DNA of 64,000 nucleotides, from the IMG/VR virus record IMGVR_UViG_3300045988_125802, one strand, 5' to 3'. Shown here one piece after another: positions 36,187 to 44,583 of this stretch. Below the pieces are notes generated by a model, which searched no databases, had not been told where the DNA came from, and saw only the letters and a list, made by a program, of their open reading frames with translations. The stretch comes from a virus. Within the stretch, counting starts at the first letter, position 1. The number at the start of each line of letters is the position of its first letter. Position numbers and translations under genes: made by a program.

Positions 36187-36580
36187 GGGGCATGATTGGT
36201 TTTGATTACTGATTATTTGGTAAGAGAACATGCAAAGACTGATGGAAAGACATCAAACAATTAAATGGCACATCCTATAGAATTGCTGCCTGATTTAGGC
36301 TGAGTAGCACTTACTTGGAAACAGAAAGGTGTATTGCCTTAATAAATGGTTCTCTGTTTTATAGATTAAGGCACTTATGAAACAAAAATAGAGGTTTATA
36401 TATGATAAGATTAATCTACTTTAAAGTCTTATCTGTAACTATGAGTAGGTAGGAAAATTTCCTTATCAAATAGGAATATTATTAAATTGACAGATAACTA
36501 ACTGTATAACAAATAAGTAAGCATGTGAAATTCTTTTATTAGAGGTTAGTAAGACAGGGGTTCGAGTCCCCTATGCTCCA
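36187..36580 (+). ncRNA. ssrA: tmRNA (transfer-messenger RNA)
   Basis: The 5' end GGGGCAT pairs with the 3' ATGCTCC, including G3.U70, and the discriminator is A. The T arm is AGGGG-TTCGAGT-CCCCT. The 5' GGGGCATGATTGGTTTTGA resembles the Bacteroidetes tmRNA 5' end. The tag ORF at 36267-36293 is GGC ACA TCC TAT AGA ATT GCT GCC TGA (GTSYRIAA*). Confidence 0.8.
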
Positions 36581-36614
36581 CAAAACAATCTTAGTATTAA
36601 CAAAAAAAAAAAGT

Positions 36615-37010
36615 ATGTTTTATGTATTAATGTTTGAGTTCATGCTATTGGGAGTAATAGGTGGACTATTAGGTATATTCTATAGGAATTGCCTGAAGGT
36701 TGAGGATATGATATTCTATCCTTTGTATAGTAAAGTGTTTGTACCTATGGTTAAAAGTGGCAATAGGTTCTTACATTTTATAGCATATCCATTGGGATTC
36801 TGCATCTATTGTAGTACCTTTTGGATAACCATGCTCATTCTTATACTCTTCTTGACAAGCTGGGACTCACTTCCTAAGTGGCAGGATATTGTAATAGGAA
36901 TTATAGCAGCAGAAGGTGTAGCTCACCTGATAGTGTGTATAAGTTGCAGATTCTTAATACATAAACATCCTGACTTAGATAAGGATTACTTAAAACATTT
37001 ACATGAATAA
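36615..37010 (+). CDS. Multi-pass membrane protein (131 aa from the internal ATG)
   Basis: The track ORF starts at 36573, inside the tmRNA acceptor stem. The in-frame ATG at 36615 follows an A11 leader. There are three to four hydrophobic spans. Confidence 0.55.
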   Translation: MFYVLMFEFMLLGVIGGLLGIFYRNCLKVEDMIFYPLYSKVFVPMVKSGNRFLHFIAYPLGFCIYCSTFWITMLILILFLTSWDSLPKWQDIVIGIIAAEGVAHLIVCISCRFLIHKHPDLDKDYLKHLHE

Positions 37011-37025
37011 CTAAAACAGTAAGAT

Positions 37026-37925
37026 ATGCAAAAGGATTTAGTTTTCTTCAAGAAGGAAGGTGAAGAAGGAGTAGCCTTAACTTCTACAAGTGCTAACCAT
37101 ATTGCTAACTTAGCTAAGGAGTATATTCAAGGTGCGGAGACACAATTGAATAATATAAGCTTCTTTAATGTTGAGGTGGCATTGGTAGGCAGTACTGGAG
37201 GTGCAAGTACCATTCAGACAGGGGAATCATCCGAAGTTTTAGATAGCTTACAATCATTGCTTGAGGGAGTAGCACAGGCTAAATCCCTTATAGCTTGGTT
37301 GAGAGAAGGCATCAAAGCTAAGGAGAATCTGATGAAGGGCTTGCAGACTATCAGCCTTGAGGATTGGTGTAAGGAGAATGGAATGGTTAAGCCTGAAACT
37401 CCTAACTATGGTCATGTATTGACTGAAGTAGAGTATTATGCTTCTCTTCCTATCAAGGAGAGAAACAGATACTATCAGTTAGAGACTGAGGCTGCTGTAT
37501 TAGGTAAGTATATTCATCCTGATGGGCACTTGTCTGATGTAAGAAAGGAGTTAAAGGACAATATTTATCATCCTCATAAAGTGGATGGTAAAGGCAGGGA
37601 TGCCCTTATCTACACCTATACTCCTACTACAAGCATAGCTATAGTAGACAATGTATTCTATGAACTTCAAAAGAAGCACAGAGAAATACAGGCTCAACTG
37701 AATGCTATGAAGTACAGCTGTGAGCAGGCTATCAATGAGTCCACTAATAAGGTGAACACAGAGTTTATGGCTGCTTCACAGAAGTACCAAGCTGAACTCA
37801 AAGATGTATTAGGAGCCTTCAAGACATGGAAGGATGAGAAGTCTCAAGAGTACAGCAAGTTGAAGATTGTAGTACCTAACTCACTGTTAGGTATTTATAA
37901 TACTATCAACTCTTTGGGCAAGTAA
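37026..37925 (+). CDS. Hypothetical protein (299 aa)
   Basis: Intact ORF. No motif recognised. Confidence 0.6.
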   Translation: MQKDLVFFKKEGEEGVALTSTSANHIANLAKEYIQGAETQLNNISFFNVEVALVGSTGGASTIQTGESSEVLDSLQSLLEGVAQAKSLIAWLREGIKAKENLMKGLQTISLEDWCKENGMVKPETPNYGHVLTEVEYYASLPIKERNRYYQLETEAAVLGKYIHPDGHLSDVRKELKDNIYHPHKVDGKGRDALIYTYTPTTSIAIVDNVFYELQKKHREIQAQLNAMKYSCEQAINESTNKVNTEFMAASQKYQAELKDVLGAFKTWKDEKSQEYSKLKIVVPNSLLGIYNTINSLGK

Positions 37926-38177
37926 ATAAGGACTTGGGATATTAATCCCTAACCTTATTGAATACACATAGCAGGTATCTGTTCTTATTCATAGAATTAA
38001 TTGCTAATAAAAAGTGATATATCTAATGCTCAGCCATTAGATAGTCTGTTATTCCAAAATAACCAACCCTATGAAGTCTGACTGATGGAGGGATGTTCTT
38101 GTTCTTGATGGAATGACAGGTTCTTGCTATTGATATTGGCTTTGTGTTGGTAGGTATTTGCTATGTGTAACTTGTCT

Positions 38178-38265
38178 TTGTATCTTGGTGTAATTGGTAG
38201 CACATCAGAGATAGGAGTAATCCCGTATTGCATCTGGAGGTTAGGTTCGAGTCCTAAGATACACC
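38178..38265 (+). ncRNA. tRNA-shaped element (88 nt, type-II length) with aberrant anticodon domain
   Basis: The acceptor is TGTATC/GATACA, with a T-C mismatch at pair 1-72. It has a D loop TAATTGGTAG and a T arm TTAGG-TTCGAGT-CCTAA. The 3' end reads ..GATACACCAC. The middle shows only a TCAGA/TCTGG pairing that encloses 23 nt. Confidence 0.35.
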
Positions 38266-38293
38266 ACATTTATTGTTTCACTTCTAAAAAAAG

Positions 38294-38659
38294 ATGGAAA
38301 AGAATGAAGAAAAGGTTCTGGAAAGAAATCTGGAACAGGAGCATTTTGAAGATGCTGCAATAGCCATTAAAGGTGGCAAAGAGAATGGTGGTTTAACCAA
38401 TGTTGAACTTGTTGAAAACTTGGTAGAAAGCTACAAAGGTAAGACAGTGCAAGCACCTATTGAGGTGATTATAACAAGTGCAATATTCCTCAATGTGAGA
38501 GAGTTGATGGGTATTATTGAAGCCTTGAAATATACTCTTCACGTTAAAATGACAGAGGAGTTGAGAGAAAAAGCAGATAAGGGAGAAGCTACAGCAAGAG
38601 ATGCAATAGCTGCTCTTATGCTTGCTGTAACTATGAAGAAAGAATCTGAAGAAGATTAA
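38294..38659 (+). CDS. Hypothetical acidic protein (121 aa)
   Basis: Intact ORF with an A-rich leader. Confidence 0.55.
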   Translation: MEKNEEKVLERNLEQEHFEDAAIAIKGGKENGGLTNVELVENLVESYKGKTVQAPIEVIITSAIFLNVRELMGIIEALKYTLHVKMTEELREKADKGEATARDAIAALMLAVTMKKESEED

Positions 38660-38664
38660 TAAAC

Positions 38665-39099
38665 ATGAGTGAAATCAAGTTAAGTCTGAGTATTGAGCTT
38701 CGAGGAAGCACAATGTTCAGCAAGGAGGAGTGCCTTAAAACAACTCACAAAGTGATTGAGAAGAAGACCAAAGCTGGTAAAATCTACAAGAAAACCATTG
38801 AGGTAAAAGTAGAGGATTGGGACAAGATGGAGAAGCACACTATGAGAGTGACTGACACAGATGGCACCAATCCAGAGATTATCACTTTCCATACAAGGAA
38901 GTGTAAGCCAGCTACACAGTCCCTGAACATGAGCAAAGAGGCTTATGAATATATGATTGATAAGGATTCTTGTCCTTCATGGTCTAAGCCTGGCAGGTGG
39001 GCTGCAATGAGTGAAAAGGAAAGACTTGAAGCTCATTTGCAGAGAACCTGTGAGCATGTAGGAGGTAAATCTTTCACTTATGAAGTGTTAGGAGATTAA
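38665..39099 (+). CDS. Hypothetical protein (144 aa)
   Basis: Intact ORF followed by a terminator. Confidence 0.55.
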   Translation: MSEIKLSLSIELRGSTMFSKEECLKTTHKVIEKKTKAGKIYKKTIEVKVEDWDKMEKHTMRVTDTDGTNPEIITFHTRKCKPATQSLNMSKEAYEYMIDKDSCPSWSKPGRWAAMSEKERLEAHLQRTCEHVGGKSFTYEVLGD

Positions 39100-39116
39100 T
39101 TATCTCAGTGTAAGAA

Positions 39117-39158
39117 GAAAGGAGTATGCTGAATAAGCTGCTCCTTTCTTTTTTTTTT
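39117..39158 (+). terminator. Rho-independent terminator
   Basis: GAAAGGAG (39117-39124), a 16-nt loop, then CTCCTTTC (39141-39148) running into a T10 run. Confidence 0.7.
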
Positions 39159-39242
39159 AGTGTAAACTGATTAAATAATAAGGTTATTATGACTAAAAAA
39201 AAAGTATAACATAGTCTTAATGCCAAGGTAAATGATGGAGAT

Positions 39243-39785
39243 ATGGCAGAATTTGTATATTTCAAGAATGCTTGTAGGATGTGGTATCCTGTAGGACAGT
39301 ATTTCTCTTCAGATAACTTTGATTATATAAGAGAAGCTGCATCTTCCATTAATAAAGTGTTCCCAACAGGTAAACTTATCTTGGTGGTAAGAGGTCATTC
39401 AGGCTCCATACTTGCAGGTAGTATAGCATATATACTGAAAAGGAAAGGTAGAAAAGTGTTAATATCTGTATCAAGGAAAGCAGAATCTACTCATGGTGAC
39501 AATCTTGAAGGTGTATATCCTTCATGTATTTCAGATGATACACACATAATAGTTATTGATGATTTTGTCCAATCAGGTGAAACTATTGAGGCTATACTCA
39601 AAGATTTGACTGAAAGAATAGAGGGTGTGGAAGTATTTGACATGTTATGTGTTGCTAATCACTGGGATGAGGATGATTTGACTGAGGAAGGAGGAAAGAG
39701 AGGAACTAACAGATATTGGGAGGCAAACAAAAGGATTGCTTCTCATTTTGAGTATATATTGTGCAACAGACCAGATGAGAAATGA
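39243..39785 (+). CDS. Type I phosphoribosyltransferase-fold protein (180 aa)
   Basis: PRPP-binding signature THIIVIDDFVQSGETIEAIL (hhhhDD..tG.T). The size is typical of APRT/HGPRT-like enzymes. Confidence 0.6.
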   Translation: MAEFVYFKNACRMWYPVGQYFSSDNFDYIREAASSINKVFPTGKLILVVRGHSGSILAGSIAYILKRKGRKVLISVSRKAESTHGDNLEGVYPSCISDDTHIIVIDDFVQSGETIEAILKDLTERIEGVEVFDMLCVANHWDEDDLTEEGGKRGTNRYWEANKRIASHFEYILCNRPDEK

Positions 39786-39952
39786 AAGTATTAGTGGTAC
39801 TACTTCTATTCTACTTAGTATGGGCATACATTAGGTATGACCCTAAGTTGGATTGGATAGAGAAAGAGGGTAAAACCCTGCACATCATACTGTGGTATAA
39901 CAAGTATTATTGGAGTGGGGAAGTAAAAAGAGTCTATGTAAAACTATTTTGA
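39782..39952 (+). CDS. Possible 56-aa membrane-anchored peptide
   Basis: ATGA overlap with the PRTase stop. MKVLVVLLLFYLVWAYI... fills the gap to the next gene. Below the track cutoff. Confidence 0.4.
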   Translation: MKVLVVLLLFYLVWAYIRYDPKLDWIEKEGKTLHIILWYNKYYWSGEVKRVYVKLF

Positions 39953-39955
39953 GAC

Positions 39956-40699
39956 ATGATAGAATTTGGAACTAAAAGGTCAGGTGGTGGTAAGAAATCA
40001 AGACTTCATAAGAAGTTTCCAAGAAAGAAGATAGACAGGGTAGGTGAGAAAGTTGCTGGATGGTTTAGAAGAAATTGGGATGATGATAGTTATCCTTATT
40101 TCAGTGGAAACCTTCATAAATTTCTCTTATCTAATGTAGACAGACCTGTTGATAAAGTATTCTCTGAGTTTTTGGGTAGATGTAGAACATCAGCAAAGAG
40201 GTACAATCTTAAGCATGAGTTCTATAGCATGTTTGAGGAAAAAGAGGATATTGGCTGTTGGGGAGGATTCTATCTTACTAATGGTATTATCAACTATAAG
40301 AAGAAAAGAAAATCTCCTCATAGAAAATCTCCTGCATCTATATTAGACCTCAATAGAAATCTCATCCCTGAAAACCTCAATGCCATATGCAAAAGATGTG
40401 AAGAAACACATAAAAAGCAATATTTAGGGAAGTTTTGGGTAGATTATAAAACCTTTCAAGAAGTGTACATCATAGAAAGAAAGGTATGGGATGATTGGAT
40501 TTATGACTATAATACATTCAAACTCACGCAACACTACAAGAGATGTTATCTTTATGGAGTAGGCTCAGGTGCACATAAGCATTCTTGGACTTCACAGAGT
40601 AGATTACATCCAAAAGTTACTTATGGAATAGTTGATTCTTTTGATATTATGAGAGATAAGTCTGATATTATATTCATTACTAAATACAAATCCCAATAA
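39956..40699 (+). CDS. Hypothetical basic protein (247 aa)
   Basis: Intact ORF with a K/R-rich N-terminus. Confidence 0.55.
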   Translation: MIEFGTKRSGGGKKSRLHKKFPRKKIDRVGEKVAGWFRRNWDDDSYPYFSGNLHKFLLSNVDRPVDKVFSEFLGRCRTSAKRYNLKHEFYSMFEEKEDIGCWGGFYLTNGIINYKKKRKSPHRKSPASILDLNRNLIPENLNAICKRCEETHKKQYLGKFWVDYKTFQEVYIIERKVWDDWIYDYNTFKLTQHYKRCYLYGVGSGAHKHSWTSQSRLHPKVTYGIVDSFDIMRDKSDIIFITKYKSQ

Positions 40700-40724
40700 G
40701 AAATACAATTTTATTAAAAGGAGT

Positions 40725-40916
40725 ATGAAAACAAGTACAATAAGTAAGCTGGTGGTATGGGTTATCTTATTTATAATCCTACTTAATGTAGGATTTAGTA
40801 TGATAACAATGCCTAATACAATAGGGAATGTGATTGGGTTTCTTATTGTAGTAGCTATAGTGGTTATTTCAATCAAAACAAAATGTCTAACAACTATTAA
40901 ATTCAATAAGAAATGA
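40725..40916 (+). CDS. Small two-pass membrane protein (63 aa)
   Basis: Hydrophobic spans VVWVILFIILLNVGF and VIGFLIVVAIVVISI. Confidence 0.5.
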   Translation: MKTSTISKLVVWVILFIILLNVGFSMITMPNTIGNVIGFLIVVAIVVISIKTKCLTTIKFNKK

Positions 40917-41167
40917 CTGAAGAAAAAGTGAAACAAGGTGAAGAACTACTCAGGAGGCTAAGTAGACTCAAAGACCAAAGAAGCAGGTGGGAGAAGGGAG
41001 TATGTTTCTTTAGACTTGAGCTTGCTGATGTCACGGGGTATAATGGGAGGTAGAATACCTTCAGTATAGATGATTCCTTTATCAACTTTAATGAGGTCAA
41101 GCTACTTGCCATAGCCAAGATTGATAGGAGAATTTCAGAAGTTCAGGAGGAGTTTGATAGGTTGTAG
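40913..41167 (+). pseudogene. Small ORF interrupted by one in-frame TAG (46 codons, TAG at 41051-41053, 37 codons)
   Basis: ATGA overlap with the upstream gene. MTEEKVKQGEELLRRLSRLKDQRSRWEKGVCFFRLELADVTGYNGR*NTFSIDDSFINFNEVKLLAIAKIDRRISEVQEEFDRL*. The downstream half has no ATG of its own in frame. Confidence 0.3.
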
Positions 41168-41178
41168 AAAGAAACCAA

Positions 41179-42042
41179 ATGTTTAACAATAAATTAAAAG
41201 AAAACGTGAAAAGTAAGTTTATTAAAGGGCTTTTGTTCACCTTTATGGTGATGACAAGTGTGATGTTCACCTCTTGTGGTTATGAGAGGGTGGATGCTGG
41301 TTATGAAGGCATCAAAGTGAATCTTTATGGTGATGACAAGGGAGTGGATGACATTACTCTTGTCACTGGTGCAGTATGGTATAATCCTGTTACTACTGCT
41401 GTGTATGAGTATCCTACATTTGTACAGACTGTAGACTATGCTCCATTCAGTATCAATGCCAAAGATGGTAGCTCATTTACAGTAGACCCTACTATCTCCT
41501 TGAAAATTGTAGATGGCAAATCTGCTGAGGTATTCAAGAAGTATAGGAAGGAGGATATTACTGAGGTTATCAATACAACTCTGTACAACTATGTAAGGAA
41601 TGCTTTCAGAATCCAGTTGAATAATTACACTACTGATGAACTGGTGAGCAAAAGAGAAGAGTTTGAGAAAGCTATTGAAGATAGACTGGCTAAGGAGTTA
41701 CTTGCTGAGAATTTTCAGTTAGAGCAGATGACTTCAGGTCTGCAATATCCTCAGACTCTTGTAAATGCTATTGATGCAAAGAATGCAGCAGTTCAAGAGG
41801 CTCAGAAAGCACAGAATGAGGTATTGAAGATTAAGGCAGAAGCTGAGAAGAAGATTGCAGCAGCAGATGGTGAAGCACAGGCTTTGAGAATCAAGGGTGA
41901 TGCAGAAGCAGAGTATAATAGAAAGATTGCTGCATCCTTATCTCCTTTGATTGTACAGCAAATGATGCTTGACAAGTGGGATGGTAAATTGCCTGTATAT
42001 GGCACAGTGCCTACATTATTCAAAGATATAGCAGGTAAATAG
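41179..42042 (+). CDS. SPFH/band-7 (prohibitin/HflC-like) membrane protein (287 aa)
   Basis: N-terminal TM or lipoprotein-like anchor (..VMFTSCGYE). SPFH core VDAGYEGIKV...FSINAKDGSSFTVDPTISLKIVD. C-terminal Ala/Glu-rich coiled coil AQKAQNEVLKIKAEAEKKIAAADGEAQALRIKGDAEAEYNRKIA. Confidence 0.7.
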   Translation: MFNNKLKENVKSKFIKGLLFTFMVMTSVMFTSCGYERVDAGYEGIKVNLYGDDKGVDDITLVTGAVWYNPVTTAVYEYPTFVQTVDYAPFSINAKDGSSFTVDPTISLKIVDGKSAEVFKKYRKEDITEVINTTLYNYVRNAFRIQLNNYTTDELVSKREEFEKAIEDRLAKELLAENFQLEQMTSGLQYPQTLVNAIDAKNAAVQEAQKAQNEVLKIKAEAEKKIAAADGEAQALRIKGDAEAEYNRKIAASLSPLIVQQMMLDKWDGKLPVYGTVPTLFKDIAGK

Positions 42043-42043
42043 T

Positions 42044-42382
42044 ATGTGGTGGATTATTATAGCTATCATATTTATTCTCATTACTATCTATATACTCAAA
42101 GATACTCATGTCAAAGTATATGATAGTGACTACTATGCTAAATTACAAGAGGAGTATGACCTCAAGTTACCTGTATGGGCATTACTGCTCATAATACTTG
42201 TGTATCTTATCCCTATTGTAAACATTATAGCATTTGTAGCTTTTCTTATTTTCTACATTGTACATGCAGTATGGGACCCTAAAGATTGTGAGGATGAAAC
42301 TCATGTGTTCTCATTAAATGGGAACAACTGGGTAACTAAAAGCCTGTTGGCAATAAAAGAAATATTAAACAAGAAGATATGA
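42044..42382 (+). CDS. Membrane protein (112 aa)
   Basis: Two or three hydrophobic spans. 1-nt spacing after the SPFH gene and a 4-nt overlap with the next gene. Confidence 0.55.
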   Translation: MWWIIIAIIFILITIYILKDTHVKVYDSDYYAKLQEEYDLKLPVWALLLIILVYLIPIVNIIAFVAFLIFYIVHAVWDPKDCEDETHVFSLNGNNWVTKSLLAIKEILNKKI

Positions 42383-42870
42383 AACAAAGAGTATTCAATG
42401 TACTCATTTCTCTTGCAGTATTAGGTCTGGGGGCTGTAGTGCTCTCAGACCACTACAAGGGAGATGACCCGCCTCAATATGAGGTGGTAGATGTCAAATT
42501 AGTGCAACCAGAGTTTCTGTTATCAGAAAATCCTGAGGAAGACTTAATTGCTGTGATGGACTATTATGGGGTAAAACACCCTGAAATAGTCTATGCACAA
42601 GCTGTACTTGAAACTGGTCATTTTAAGTCAGACTTATGTCTGAATGGTAATAATCTGTTTGGCTTATACAATAGTAAGAAACACAGATACCATACATTTG
42701 ACCATTGGACTGAGAGTGTGGTTGCATACCTTGACTATGTGCAATATAGATACAAACCTCCGAATGATTACTATAAGTTTTTATCAGACATAGGGTATGC
42801 AGAAGACCCTGACTACATTAACAAACTAAAAGGAATTGTAAGTAGAAATGACAAGAGAAGAAGTGAATAA
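42379..42870 (+). CDS. Membrane-anchored GH73-type N-acetylglucosaminidase (FlgJ/AcmA-like) (163 aa)
   Basis: N-terminal TM. AQAVLETGHFKSDLCLNGNNLFGLY matches the GH73 pattern A.lE(S/T)G.f.S.l....NNlFG, with the catalytic Glu. Confidence 0.7.
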   Translation: MKQRVFNVLISLAVLGLGAVVLSDHYKGDDPPQYEVVDVKLVQPEFLLSENPEEDLIAVMDYYGVKHPEIVYAQAVLETGHFKSDLCLNGNNLFGLYNSKKHRYHTFDHWTESVVAYLDYVQYRYKPPNDYYKFLSDIGYAEDPDYINKLKGIVSRNDKRRSE

Positions 42871-43987
42871 CTTAGCTTTGTCCAAGATAGACAAAGCTAA
42901 GTATCTTATCTTAGAACTTATTACTGGGATGGGAAAGACCAAAGTAGCAATAGACCTCATTAATCATATATGTGATAGGGTATTCAGAAATGATGAAAGT
43001 CCTACTACTATACTTATTCTTGTGGCTAAGACTGTGCATAAGCAGACTTGGAAGGATGAGATTGAGAAATGGGGAGGTATCAAGTCTGACTATATTACCA
43101 TTGAATGCTATGAGTCACTAAAGAACTATGAGAACTCATACTTTGATGTAGTAGTGGCAGATGAGATGCAGCATTTGTCAGAAGCAAGAATTGATGTATT
43201 GGAGACTATCCATATCAATGAGTCTTTCATTGGATTGTCTGCCACTATTAAGAGAGACATGAGGGATTATTTCATCTACAACCACAAGGCTGAGGTCATT
43301 AAGTGTGGTCTCAAGGAAGCTGTAGAAGATGAAGTATTACCTGAGCCTACAGTATATCTACTGCCTTTGACTTTGGACACTACTAATTATACCTATAAGG
43401 TTAAGAAGTTTGGTCGTGATATAATCACCACCCAGAAAGGTTGCTATGATAGTATCTCTTCACTTATAGAGTGGTACAAGAATAAGTACTTTAATTCAAG
43501 AAATGAGAGAATAAAGAACTTATGGCTTTCAACAGCAGGCAAAAGACTGAAGTGGTGTGCTGAACAGAAGGAAGCCCTTGTACTATCTCTTCTTGACAAG
43601 TTCAGGAATTACAAGACTTTGACTTTCTGTAGTAGTATTGAGCAGTCAGAGAGGTTAGGTAAATACAATATCACCTCGAAGAATAAGGCTTCAGTGAAGA
43701 ACCTTGAGATGTTTAATCTCAATAAGATTAAACATATTACTGCCTGTAATATACTCAATGAGGGTGTGAACTTGACTAATTGTAGGATAGGTATATTCTG
43801 CAACTTGAATAGTTCGGAGATTGTAGTAAAGCAAAGAGTTGGTAGAATACTTAGACACAAATCTCCTATTATCATCATACCTTATTTTAAGGATACAAGG
43901 GAAGAGGAACTTGTGCAGAAGATGATAGAGGAGTACTCTGAGGATTCTATCATAAGTGTTGATAGTATTAATGACATTAAGCTATGA
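42848..43987 (+). CDS. Superfamily-2 (SNF2/DEAD-like) helicase (379 aa)
   Basis: Walker A LITGMGKTKVA, motif II VVADEMQH, motif III GLSAT, motif VI QRVGRILR. Confidence 0.75.
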   Translation: MTREEVNNLALSKIDKAKYLILELITGMGKTKVAIDLINHICDRVFRNDESPTTILILVAKTVHKQTWKDEIEKWGGIKSDYITIECYESLKNYENSYFDVVVADEMQHLSEARIDVLETIHINESFIGLSATIKRDMRDYFIYNHKAEVIKCGLKEAVEDEVLPEPTVYLLPLTLDTTNYTYKVKKFGRDIITTQKGCYDSISSLIEWYKNKYFNSRNERIKNLWLSTAGKRLKWCAEQKEALVLSLLDKFRNYKTLTFCSSIEQSERLGKYNITSKNKASVKNLEMFNLNKIKHITACNILNEGVNLTNCRIGIFCNLNSSEIVVKQRVGRILRHKSPIIIIPYFKDTREEELVQKMIEEYSEDSIISVDSINDIKL

Positions 43988-44583
43988 CAATTTGTTTAAG
44001 TAAAGAAGGATGTCAGAAGAACAACATTAGTCTTGCTGAGGCTCTCTTGATGCTTGCCATCCATAATAATGCTGACCTTGATACAGCTCAGAAGGAGCTG
44101 ATTAAGAAGGGCTATATAACTGCTAATAGGGATGACTTATTCCAACAGATTGGATGGAGACTTACTAATAAAGGCACTGAGGTAATAGATTCTGTGATTG
44201 TGGATTCTGATAAGAAACAGGAACCTAATGACAGGTTAATTCAGTTGGCTACAAGGCTCAAAGAGATATTTCCTAAAGGCAAAAAAGATGGTACTAACTA
44301 TTATTGGGCAGATGGAGTAGCTTTGATTGTACGAAGATTAAAGTTATTCTTTAAGAAGTATGGAAATACTTATACTGATGAGCAAATCATACAGGCAACC
44401 AGTAAGTATGTGGAAGGTTTCAATGGAAACTATACATATATGAGGTTATTAAAGTATTTCATATTCAAAGAGAAAGTTGGTGCTGCTGGGGAAGTTGAGG
44501 GGGATTCGGAGTTGATTAGTTATATTGAGAATGCTGACCAGACAGATAACCTTAAAAATGATTGGACATCTACATTAAAATGA
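43984..44583 (+). CDS. Hypothetical protein (199 aa), replisome-organiser candidate by position
   Basis: Intact ORF between the two helicase genes. No motif recognised. Confidence 0.5.
   Translation: MTICLSKEGCQKNNISLAEALLMLAIHNNADLDTAQKELIKKGYITANRDDLFQQIGWRLTNKGTEVIDSVIVDSDKKQEPNDRLIQLATRLKEIFPKGKKDGTNYYWADGVALIVRRLKLFFKKYGNTYTDEQIIQATSKYVEGFNGNYTYMRLLKYFIFKEKVGAAGEVEGDSELISYIENADQTDNLKNDWTSTLK

Noticed and set aside
36573-36614. Upstream extension (MLHKTILVLTKKKS) of the 36573..37010 ORF
   Set aside because: The first 8 nt are the 3' acceptor strand of the tmRNA. The in-frame ATG at 36615 behind an A11 tract is a far more plausible start.
38069-38363. ORFs 38069..38269 (-) and 38163..38363 (+)
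   Set aside because: They overlap the tRNA-shaped element at 38178-38265 and the A-rich leader of 38294..38659, so an RNA element explains the sequence better.
40604-41118. Minus-strand ORFs 40604..40936 and 40903..41118
   Set aside because: They are antisense to coupled plus-strand small genes. The serine/leucine-rich translations are typical of shadow ORFs.
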